From an uncultured Dehalococcoidia bacterium (GTDB taxonomy: Bacteria > Chloroflexota > Dehalococcoidia > Lucifugimonadales > G958296245), in the NCBI GenBank assembly GCA_958296245.1, contig OY282458.1, positions 2,234,197 to 2,298,196 on the forward strand: a stretch of DNA of 64,000 bases, read 5' to 3'. Position numbers and translations under genes: made by a program. The notes beneath the pieces were generated by a model, which searched no databases, had not been told where the DNA came from, and saw only the letters and a program-made list of their open reading frames with translations. Position 1 is the stretch's first letter. Every line of letters begins with the position of its first letter. Positions 47,527 through 55,060 of this stretch are shown here, in pieces.

Positions 47527-48669
47527 TCAACGCTCTTCTATGGGGACGTATTCGACGTCCAAGGGTCCTGTGTACAGCAGCCTAGGCCTCAGGATGTCCT
47601 TCTTGTCAAACTGTTCGATCACGTGCGCCGTCCACCCCGGCAGCCGCCCCAGCGCGAATAGCGGTACGAACAGGTCTTCGGAGATGCCAAGGAGATAGTA
47701 GACCGCGCCGGACCATAGGTCGACGTTGGGGAGGACGCCAAAGCGCGCGCGCTCCCTCATGGCCTCGGTCTCCGTGAGGGCTTGGATTATCGAGAACCAC
47801 TTGGGTTGGCCCCGCCTCTCCCCCAGCAGTCGGGCGCCCTCCCTGAGATGGACCGACCTGGGGTCTACGGCCCGGTAGACCGGGTGTCCGAAGCCCATGA
47901 TACGCTCGCCCCTCTGCCGGCGGCTTCGGACGTATGCTTCGGCGTTCTCCTCCGAGTCGATCTCTAGGGCCATGGTCATGACGTTTTCCGCAGCCCCGCC
48001 GTGCTTCGGCCCCTTGAGGACGGCGATGGCAGCCGTGATGGCGGCGTAGTAGTCCGCGCCAGTAGCCGCAGCGACTCGGGCGCCGAAGGTGGAGGCGTTG
48101 ACTCCGTGCTCAGCGTGCAGGATGAGATCCTTGTCGATGAGTTTCGCGTCCCCCGGGTCGGGGTCTCGGTCGAACAGCATGTACAGGAAGTTCGCCGCGT
48201 GGCTCAGATCGTCCCTGGGAGTCACAGGGGGCTTGCCTTCTCTGATTCGCCTGTGAGCGGCGACCATCGTGGCCACCTGTGAGGTCAAGAATGTCCCCTT
48301 ATCAATGGTGCTCTCCGCAGAGTAATCGTCGAGGTTTACGGCTTGGGCGCCCGCGGCCGAAACGGCGGTACGCAGCACGTCCATAGGGTGGGACGACTTG
48401 ACGCTCTCGATCACGTTGATCACGGACGGATGGACGGCGCGAGCAGCCTTGAGCCGGGCGTCGAACTGATCGAGCTCTCGTCGGGTCGGGAGCGAGCCGT
48501 AGAGGAGGAGGTAGGAGGTCTCCTCGAACGTGGAGTGGTCGGCGAGGTCGTGTATGTTGTAGCCGCGGTAATGGAGCTTGCCAGCGGGGTCTACCTTCGA
48601 GATGGTCGAGCGGTCGAAGTAAACACCCTTCAGGCCTTTCTTAAGCTCAACCTTCCCTTCGGCCACCAT
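47527..48669 (-). CDS. gltA: citrate synthase (a 2-methylcitrate synthase is not excluded)
   Basis: L.YRGY.I.DL......FEE..YLLL.G.LP, HAEH..NAST and GFGHPVY. ATG 48669 lies 6 nt after GGAGGGG. Confidence 0.88.
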   Translation of the reverse strand: MVAEGKVELKKGLKGVYFDRSTISKVDPAGKLHYRGYNIHDLADHSTFEETSYLLLYGSLPTRRELDQFDARLKAARAVHPSVINVIESVKSSHPMDVLRTAVSAAGAQAVNLDDYSAESTIDKGTFLTSQVATMVAAHRRIREGKPPVTPRDDLSHAANFLYMLFDRDPDPGDAKLIDKDLILHAEHGVNASTFGARVAAATGADYYAAITAAIAVLKGPKHGGAAENVMTMALEIDSEENAEAYVRSRRQRGERIMGFGHPVYRAVDPRSVHLREGARLLGERRGQPKWFSIIQALTETEAMRERARFGVLPNVDLWSGAVYYLLGISEDLFVPLFALGRLPGWTAHVIEQFDKKDILRPRLLYTGPLDVEYVPIEER

Positions 48670-48825
48670 GGTGTCCCCTCCTGGCACCGTCCAAGATATT
48701 TTAGGGGCGGCTATGCGAGTGTAGCGGTATCGTACCCCGATTCTGTGAGTACTGGCAGAAACCCTTTACGGTAGCATCACGGTAGCATCTTGGAGGAGAA
48801 AGTGTCAAGACGCGTGGTCAACGCC

Positions 48826-48936
48826 AGGGCCTTTCCAAGGTTCCGTCACTGTCATGCTGAGCGAAGCCGAAGCATCTGGCGCACCGTGCTCAGACCTATT
48901 ATCTGAGTCCTAACACCCTGACTTTGGAAAGGCCCT
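48826..48936. repeat. palindromic intergenic element: 13-bp perfect inverted arms enclosing a family B unit
   Basis: AGGGCCTTTCCAA (48826..48838) pairs with TTGGAAAGGCCCT (48924..48936). The interior GTCATGCTGAGCGAAGCCGAAGCATCTGG is the inverted form of the family B core. Confidence 0.65.
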
Positions 48937-48950
48937 AGTCAAGGCCGCGG

Positions 48951-48980
48951 TTGACGCTTCAGCCCTGACGTCGATATACT
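48951..48980 (+). promoter_or_regulatory. sigma-70-like promoter for tRNA-Ile
   Basis: TTGACG (48951..48956), an 18-nt spacer, then TATACT (48975..48980), about 35 nt upstream of the mature tRNA 5' end. Confidence 0.5.
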
Positions 48981-49014
48981 CTCGGAGCTAGGCAGATATC
49001 CTCCCCTTCTCTAT

Positions 49015-49091
49015 GGGCCAGTAGCTCAGCCGGTTAGAGCGCAGTCCTGATAAGACTGAGGTCCGTGGTTCGAGTCCACGCTGGCCCACCA
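49015..49091 (+). tRNA. tRNA-Ile (anticodon GAU) with an encoded CCA
   Basis: Hand-folded cloverleaf: acceptor GGGCCAG/CTGGCCC, D arm GCTC..GAGC, anticodon stem CAGTC/GACTG with loop CTGATAA, T arm CGTGG-TTCGAGT-CCACG, and 3' ACCA. Confidence 0.9.
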
Positions 49092-50668
49092 TTCTTGACG
49101 GTAGACAGTACCGGGCCGTGCAGAGCGATCTCCTCGACGTCCCTTCCGGGTATGGGGCTGTCGTCGGGCATGGGGATGGAGTAGTGGACGACGGCGTTGC
49201 CGGGGCTGACGACGACCTCCTTGACGAAGCTCTCAATGAAGGCTCTCGACTCGGTGAGCTCGCTGGTCTTGAGGAAGTCGCTCATGTCCTCTGCGTAGGC
49301 GGTGATGGTCTCCACGTCGTCCAGGACCACCCTGCGCTCCGAGAGGACGACCTTCGCCTCCTCGGCTGTGGCCTCCAGCCGCTCCCGGCGCTCCCTGTGA
49401 TCACGGATGCGAGGGGTTACGTCGGCCATGTCGAGGTCGGTGGTCTCAACCAGGTTGTACAGTCGGTCCAGCCTGCGCCGCACCTCCGCAAGCTCCGACT
49501 CGGCGGTCTGAAGCCTCTGGCGCTGCTCGTGGGCCACGCCGTCCATCTCCTCGTCCACCAGCCGCACCAGACCGCGGATGTTGCCCTCGGTCAGGATGTT
49601 GGAGCGAATCTGGCCGACGACCAACTCCTCGAAGCGCTTGGCGTTGAGCCTGGGGGCGTCGCAGGCCCCGCTGCCCCGCTTCATCAGCGACTGGCAGACG
49701 TAGTAGGAGAACCGGCCGCTCTTGGAGTCCTGGCCGGAGAGCGCCCGGTCGCACGTCCTGCACCTGACCAGTCCGCTGAGCAGGTAGGAGCTTCCGACCC
49801 TGCGGGGGTGAATCCTCCTGGGGGCGCGGGAGCGCAGTTTCCGGTTCACCCGGCGGAACTGGGATTTGGAGACGATGGCGGGGAACGCCCTCTCCACCCG
49901 CACCGGCTCGGCCTTGTCCTTGGCCTGGGCTCCCCAGATCAGCGTGCCCGTGTAGACCTCGTTCTTGAGGATGAAGTGGACGGTGTTCTTGGACCAGAGC
50001 TTGCCTGCGGGGCTGGCGAGACCTTCGTCGTTGAGGGTCTCAGCGATGGGCAGCATCCCCTTTCCGGCCTGCGCCATGTCGAAGATGCGCTCGACTACGG
50101 GCGACGTGTCCGGGTCGAGTTCCAGCGTGGGGCGTTTCTTGGGCCCGTCCTGCACCATGACCCTGTTGTATCCGTAGGGCGTCCTGCTGCCGATCCAGTA
50201 GCCCCGAGAGGCGGCCTCCCGCATCCCCCTCAGAACCTCCTGGGCGAGATTCTCGCTGTAGAACTCGTCCACGCTCTCGATGATTCCCTCAAGCAGCTTG
50301 CCGGTGGGGGTGTCGTCGGCCTGCTCGGTGATGGAGACGACTCGAACGCCCTTGCGCCGGAGCAAGGATTTGAAGGCGACGGCGTGCTCGCGCTTGCGTG
50401 TGAAGCGGGAGAACTTCCAGACCAGAATCTCCCTGAACGGAGCGTTGGTCTTGGTGGCCGCGTCGATCATCTTGCGGAACTCCGGCCTGTCGGCGATGCG
50501 CCCGCTCTCGGCCTCGTCCACGTACTCGCGGGCGACGAGGTACCCGTTCTTGCGTGCATAGTCCCTGAGCGCCCGCATCTGGGCGGCAACGGAAAGGTCC
50601 ACGTCCTGCCGGTCGCTGGATACTCTGGCATAGAGGGCCGCGGGCGTGTAGTCGGTCAGCTGGTTCAT
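49034..50668 (-). CDS. large serine recombinase (resolvase/invertase catalytic domain, recombinase domain and zinc-ribbon/coiled-coil)
   Basis: N-terminus AALYARVSSDRQ (catalytic Ser), ..DEAESG....RPEF..M, Cys cluster CRTCDRAL...YYVCQ...GSGAC, and a long helical region. ATG 50668 lies 8 nt after AAGGAGG. The last codons run antisense through the tRNA. Confidence 0.9.
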   Translation of the reverse strand: MNQLTDYTPAALYARVSSDRQDVDLSVAAQMRALRDYARKNGYLVAREYVDEAESGRIADRPEFRKMIDAATKTNAPFREILVWKFSRFTRKREHAVAFKSLLRRKGVRVVSITEQADDTPTGKLLEGIIESVDEFYSENLAQEVLRGMREAASRGYWIGSRTPYGYNRVMVQDGPKKRPTLELDPDTSPVVERIFDMAQAGKGMLPIAETLNDEGLASPAGKLWSKNTVHFILKNEVYTGTLIWGAQAKDKAEPVRVERAFPAIVSKSQFRRVNRKLRSRAPRRIHPRRVGSSYLLSGLVRCRTCDRALSGQDSKSGRFSYYVCQSLMKRGSGACDAPRLNAKRFEELVVGQIRSNILTEGNIRGLVRLVDEEMDGVAHEQRQRLQTAESELAEVRRRLDRLYNLVETTDLDMADVTPRIRDHRERRERLEATAEEAKVVLSERRVVLDDVETITAYAEDMSDFLKTSELTESRAFIESFVKEVVVSPGNAVVHYSIPMPDDSPIPGRDVEEIALHGPVLSTVKNGGPAWTRTTDLSLIRTAL

Positions 50669-50685
50669 CGGTGTGTCCTCCTTGC

Positions 50686-50883
50686 TCACTCCTGATCGTT
50701 CCGGCGGGCCTCGGCCCGTTGGCGGCGCTCTTGCCGCAGCCACGCCCGCTCCTGCATGTACAGGCGGATGGCCTCGCGGAGGAACTCGCTCATGTTGCGG
50801 CCTTCCTCCTTCAGCACCTGCTGCACCTGCTCGGCCATTTCCGGCGGCATGGAAAAGGTAATGGCCTTTCGGGTCGTGGGCAT
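50686..50883 (-). CDS. ribbon-helix-helix (CopG/Arc-like) DNA-binding protein
   Basis: KAITFSMPPEMAEQVQQVLKEEGRNMSEFLREAIRLYM is a beta-strand plus two helices. ATG 50883 follows GAGGAGG. It lies 17 nt upstream of the recombinase gene. Confidence 0.75.
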   Translation of the reverse strand: MPTTRKAITFSMPPEMAEQVQQVLKEEGRNMSEFLREAIRLYMQERAWLRQERRQRAEARRNDQE

Positions 50884-50904
50884 TCTCTCTTTTTGCCTCC
50901 TCAA

Positions 50905-50921
50905 GTATGACACAGTCATAC
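50905..50921. promoter_or_regulatory. perfect 17-bp palindrome (candidate operator) in the RHH/recombinase leader
   Basis: GTATGAC-ACA-GTCATAC, located between the RHH start codon and a TTGACA hexamer (minus strand, 50955..50950). Confidence 0.4.
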
Positions 50922-51129
50922 CCTTATCATGAACGTTCCTAGCCGCCGTTGTCAAGGGCCGGGCCTCTGTGAGTGGCAATCATATTCGGGTAGAATGGGT
51001 CCATAAACGTTCTGAGGAATGATTGACGGGGAGAGCGTCAACAACATCGTAAACTTCTCTCCCAGCCATTGTTGCAAATAGGACATTCGGTCGGGGTCAC
51101 CTCAAGATCCATAAGTGGGACATCATCCA

Positions 51130-52995
51130 ATGACGCAGAATCAGCGCGAAACACGAACCGTCCAACTTGAGAGTTGGGAAGTAGGTGGCGAGCTACTAGA
51201 TATTCTGTCCCGCGGCCTGTATTCAGATGCTAAAGACGCGCTCAGGGAGTACGTGCAGAATGGCGTCGATGCTGGAGCCAAACACATCTTGATTACGGTG
51301 GACGGAGCTCAGGTAGTTATCAGAGACGACGGAACCGGGATGGATGACGAGGGGATGCGAGCAGCTCGCAGATTCGGAATGTCTAACAAGAGTCCCCAGG
51401 ACATGGTGGGTTATCGTGGCATCGGAATATATTCTGCATTTGGTATATGCGAAGAGATGTCGATCACAAGCCACCAAGAAGGGATGCCAAACTTGGTAGG
51501 CTGGAGATTCCAGTTTGGTGAAATGCGCCGTTTGCTTGAAGCAGACAAGGCCTCTGACACTCGCCAAGGAATCGGACTGCCAGACCTCATGTATCAGTAC
51601 ACCGAATTATTCACTGAACCCTACCGAGGTAATGTTGACGATCACTTCACCGTCGTCGAGATTGACGGCATAGGTGAAGAATATAGAGCCCAACTAAACA
51701 ATGCCGCAGAAGTCAACGATTATCTTCTGAACACGATCCCCGTAGCCTTCTCAACAGAGGAAGGCTACGGTCGAACTGTCAACGATTGGTTAGCAGAACA
51801 TGTAGGACTGAATCCAGTTCGAATCTCCCTTCAGGTCGCCGATGAGAGTGAGTTTGATATCGAGCCATTAGTTGCTCAAGGCGTTTATGATGCCGAATCC
51901 GACTGGATAAAGGCGCCAGATGGCACCGCATTGGCCTTCGTTTGGTACACACTCTCCACTACTGGCAGGCAACTTGCCGTCCAGAACGGTTTATCTATGA
52001 GTGGATTTCTTTTGAAAGTGAAGGGCTTCACTTTGGGAGACCGCCTAGCGTTGAAAGGACTGTGGCCAGCTGTCGGTGGAGGAACATTGTACCACCACTA
52101 CACGGGAGAAGTTCACATTCTAGCGACTGACCAGTTGTACCCCAATGCAGCCCGGAATGACTTGGAATCGAACCCTGCTAGGCAGCTTTTCATAAAACAG
52201 GCGGAAGACTTCTTCTACCCGCTCAGCCGAAAAGCGCGGGTAATGCAGGCGAAGACAAGGGCAGCGCGACTGCTCGAAGGCATAGATGTCGCGATAGACC
52301 GTCTGAATGAACAGAAGAATGCACCAAACGTGAATGCGTACGAAATATACCGAAATAGCGAGAACTATCGAAAAGAACTAGAGAATGTGTTTCAGGAGAT
52401 TGAACGGCATTTGCGAAAGCCCCGTGGCAGGCCTCGCGTGCAACTCGACCAAGTCCAGCAAGACGCGTTGGATGAGGTCATCAAAAGGTTGCGTGGGTCC
52501 ATTAGTGAACTAGGGGGACTGGCAAGAGATGCGCAGCGGCGAACCCAGAAGCCCAAGCGGGAAGCGACGCAGCCTCCTCCGCAAGTAGGTTTCCTAAACA
52601 ATGCCCTCAGTGCTACGTTGCAGATGGCGGAGAAGACATCTGATCCTCGCTTTGCCGAGGCAGCGACGTTATTGAAGCCACTGGTCAATACCAGGTCAGT
52701 TCCACGGGCGATAGGAATTCTTGACGAGCTGAAGGCGTCGGGCATGGAACTAGGTGTTGAGGTAGAGTCCGCAAGAAGGGAGTTGCGGGCTTCAATAGGA
52801 TGGTCTCCTCTTGCACCTGTCTCGCTAGAGGAGGCTCTAGCTCAACGAGGAGTTTCCCTGGAAGGAGAGCGTGAGGAGCGCCTAGTCAGAGCTATTGACC
52901 GCGGCTTGGTAGTAGGTCTAGGTGGAAGAGGAGAGGCGTTTGAGACTGTGCTGCGAGCCGTTGCCGAAGGAGTCGCCGAGGAAATGGGGAACTAG
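51130..52995 (+). CDS. GHKL-superfamily ATPase (HATPase_c_3 / MORC-MutL-Hsp90-like), paralog 1
   Basis: Bergerat-fold motifs in order: N box ALREYVQNGVDA, G1 IRDDGTGMD, G2 GYRGIGIYSAFG. The C-terminal 400 aa or so are helical and uncharacterised. The start may be GTG 51115. Confidence 0.8.
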   Translation: MTQNQRETRTVQLESWEVGGELLDILSRGLYSDAKDALREYVQNGVDAGAKHILITVDGAQVVIRDDGTGMDDEGMRAARRFGMSNKSPQDMVGYRGIGIYSAFGICEEMSITSHQEGMPNLVGWRFQFGEMRRLLEADKASDTRQGIGLPDLMYQYTELFTEPYRGNVDDHFTVVEIDGIGEEYRAQLNNAAEVNDYLLNTIPVAFSTEEGYGRTVNDWLAEHVGLNPVRISLQVADESEFDIEPLVAQGVYDAESDWIKAPDGTALAFVWYTLSTTGRQLAVQNGLSMSGFLLKVKGFTLGDRLALKGLWPAVGGGTLYHHYTGEVHILATDQLYPNAARNDLESNPARQLFIKQAEDFFYPLSRKARVMQAKTRAARLLEGIDVAIDRLNEQKNAPNVNAYEIYRNSENYRKELENVFQEIERHLRKPRGRPRVQLDQVQQDALDEVIKRLRGSISELGGLARDAQRRTQKPKREATQPPPQVGFLNNALSATLQMAEKTSDPRFAEAATLLKPLVNTRSVPRAIGILDELKASGMELGVEVESARRELRASIGWSPLAPVSLEEALAQRGVSLEGEREERLVRAIDRGLVVGLGGRGEAFETVLRAVAEGVAEEMGN

Positions 52996-53004
52996 TGGAA
53001 GGCA

Positions 53005-54003
53005 ATGGCAGGAAGATATGGTCATGGGATGACGCTTTACTACTCGAGTGACGACAAGGATCTTGTGAGGGATAAGTTTGATCTGCCTTTAGTCGAGGCA
53101 GTTGCTCGAAGGAAAGAAGGGAAGTTACGATATTTTGGGTTGCCCGGCGAGGATGCTCTGGACTTGCAGAGCTGGGGTAGCCTTTGCGACTACGTAGCAG
53201 CCGTGGAATTCTCCCGGGAGAGATTCCAGACGGTCAAGCATGTACTAAGAACACAATTTGGTAGCATAAGACATAGAGCTCACCTTGGCGATGTAGACAA
53301 GGTGATTCTGAGAAACAGGAGTGGTATACCACCCACGGAGTTCGTTTCAACTACCAACCGTCCGGGAGCTGGGTACATTTGGGATTTTGATGTTATCTAC
53401 TTGGACTATTTTGGGAAATTTCTGCCATATGAACGCGGTGGCGCTGAAGTTCGGAACAGAGCAAATGCTCTCAGAAGGCTGTTTGCACCCGACCGCCAGG
53501 ATGGATGGCAGCCGTGGCTTCTAATGCTCACAGTCGAGTCACGGCTATTCGGGCCTAATGATAGAGAACAGATGCGGCAGTTTCTTTCTGCGTCAAAGGA
53601 AGAGTCAGACGACGAGACTCAAAAGGCTATTGACTTCCTTCTAGACGAAACAGTCAGTACAAGGGAGCAGGCAGCGAGGCTTGTTCATGGCACGTTGAGC
53701 TACATCCTTGCTGTGGCAGCGTCCAATTCGGACGTACGGGTTTACCCCAAGCCCACCATGCTGTATCGCGGGGCCAACAACACCCCTATGCTTCACTTTG
53801 CATATGAGGTGACGCCAGCCGGATTGTTGTCAGGGTCTCAGCCAGTGTTACCCTTACTGAGGTCACCACTACTCCGAGTAAGGGATGACCATGCTGAGCC
53901 CTGGTTTGAGTTACTATCTTCACAACCGCCCGGTCAGACTAATTCAAGCCTGAGAGCGACATTGGACTTCCTGGATGAAGGACAGATCGAGCAAATCGTA
54001 TAG
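53005..54003 (+). CDS. hypothetical protein, partner of GHKL paralog 1
   Basis: It begins 9 nt after the GHKL stop, behind GGAAGG. No family was recognised. The short motifs RYFGLPGEDALD ... AAVEF ... LGDVD ... FDVIYLDYFG occur in the order of Rossmann methyltransferase motifs I-IV, which is only a weak resemblance. Confidence 0.6.
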   Translation: MAGRYGHGMTLYYSSDDKDLVRDKFDLPLVEAVARRKEGKLRYFGLPGEDALDLQSWGSLCDYVAAVEFSRERFQTVKHVLRTQFGSIRHRAHLGDVDKVILRNRSGIPPTEFVSTTNRPGAGYIWDFDVIYLDYFGKFLPYERGGAEVRNRANALRRLFAPDRQDGWQPWLLMLTVESRLFGPNDREQMRQFLSASKEESDDETQKAIDFLLDETVSTREQAARLVHGTLSYILAVAASNSDVRVYPKPTMLYRGANNTPMLHFAYEVTPAGLLSGSQPVLPLLRSPLLRVRDDHAEPWFELLSSQPPGQTNSSLRATLDFLDEGQIEQIV

Positions 54004-54032
54004 TGCCCTTTGGCAAGCACTGTCAGCGCGAA

Positions 54033-55055
54033 TCATCCTCCGCTCTGCCTTTCGATTCGATCAACTGCTTCTCGGATTTTGCGAAGCTCAAAGAGGCATT
54101 TCTTGCGCTGTTCTGAATCCATGTGTTTCATATCAGGAATCAGGTCCTTGTCCAGAAGTCCTTCTCGGAATCGCTTGAAACGGTTGAGCCACATGTTGTC
54201 GACTCCGCGGTCTCTGGCGCTTTCGAATGCTCGTTCAAAACTCCCTTCCCCGGACATCAGTATCTTGATTGGCTGAGGACCTGCTTTGGTCACGTCAAGG
54301 ACTTTGACCAGTTTATCTCTGACGTCTCTTGCCGTTTCAATCTCGTCGCTCTTGATCTTCTCGACGACGACTTCATCCAAGCCTGGGTTCATCTGTCGAG
54401 CCTTCTTTACGGCGTTTGACTTCAAGTACTCGTCGTAATAGCTCCACCTGTTTACGTCGTTCTCGTCGTGGTCGACCATGAATTGGTATGTGCTAACGAG
54501 GTGATTCACCAGTCGACTTGAAAGACCCATTTCTTCAGACATTGCTTGAATGCTGACGCCATGCATGACATTACGACGATATAAGTAACCTGCTTGCTCG
54601 TATGGGGCCCAGTCCTTCCTTCCGATGATGTGGTACTCGCCGAGCAGCGCAAACACAAGCTTCTCGCTTATGTCGGCAGGCAACAGCCGAACTTTGGCTT
54701 TGCCCCACCTAACGGCATCTAACCTGGCGAGTTCGCGACATGCGGCTAATCTGCTGTTCCCCTCCAGTACTACAAGGTCACCATCCCTTACCAACATCGG
54801 GTCTGTAAGGCCACCGTTTGCCCTTATTGATTGGATGAGTTGCTTGACGTGGTCCATCCTGTTTAGCCGGTGGTGGATCTCTTCTTGAGACGGCACATCA
54901 TGCTGCCTCTGTATGAACGAGTAAATCCTTGGGTTATCGGAATAGAAACTCAGATCAATGACCGGAAGGTAACCGTTCTTGACAGGTACCTCCTCGCCTC
55001 CGAGTGTAAGGGAGTCGTTGACCCACACATCCTCAGCCATCATCTGTGTCTCCAA
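54033..55055 (-). CDS. ParB/Srx-fold N-terminal domain protein, paralog B (last gene of the operon)
   Basis: ..SDNPRIY.. and LVVLEGNSRLAACREL (GxxR-type ParB box). It is collinear with the gene at 56966 (GRKDWAPYEQAGYLY versus GPRQWDPYSKAKYLDY). Confidence 0.7.
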   Translation of the reverse strand: METQMMAEDVWVNDSLTLGGEEVPVKNGYLPVIDLSFYSDNPRIYSFIQRQHDVPSQEEIHHRLNRMDHVKQLIQSIRANGGLTDPMLVRDGDLVVLEGNSRLAACRELARLDAVRWGKAKVRLLPADISEKLVFALLGEYHIIGRKDWAPYEQAGYLYRRNVMHGVSIQAMSEEMGLSSRLVNHLVSTYQFMVDHDENDVNRWSYYDEYLKSNAVKKARQMNPGLDEVVVEKIKSDEIETARDVRDKLVKVLDVTKAGPQPIKILMSGEGSFERAFESARDRGVDNMWLNRFKRFREGLLDKDLIPDMKHMDSEQRKKCLFELRKIREAVDRIERQSGG

Positions 55056-55060
55056 CTGGT

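Noticed and set aside
49118-50695. A 525-aa plus-strand ORF covering the recombinase locus
   Set aside because: It lies exactly antisense to a serine recombinase whose catalytic and zinc-ribbon motifs are recognisable. Its own translation is low-complexity (G/V/A/L/P/D-rich) with no motif. This is a typical shadow ORF of high-GC DNA.
50927-50955. A sigma-70 promoter for the RHH/recombinase operon
   Set aside because: A perfect TTGACA is present (minus strand, 50955..50950), but no acceptable -10 hexamer lies at 16-19 nt spacing (TCATGA, CATGAT and ATGATA are the options). I therefore report only the palindrome.
51019-51081. A 20-codon ORF (MIDGESVNNIVNFSPSHCCK) just downstream of the left promoter-like motif, resembling the ..NGDSV..(V/T)V.FGE.. 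strand of the retropepsin-like paralogs
   Set aside because: Only about 5 of 15 positions are identical and nucleotide similarity is weak. It is too short to separate a gene remnant from chance. It is worth a proper alignment because it bears on whether the cargo inserted into a protease cassette.
54001-54032. A bidirectional terminator between the converging cargo operons
   Set aside because: Only a 5-bp stem (AGTGC...GCACT) with a 10-nt loop and no U-tract can be drawn. This is not convincing.
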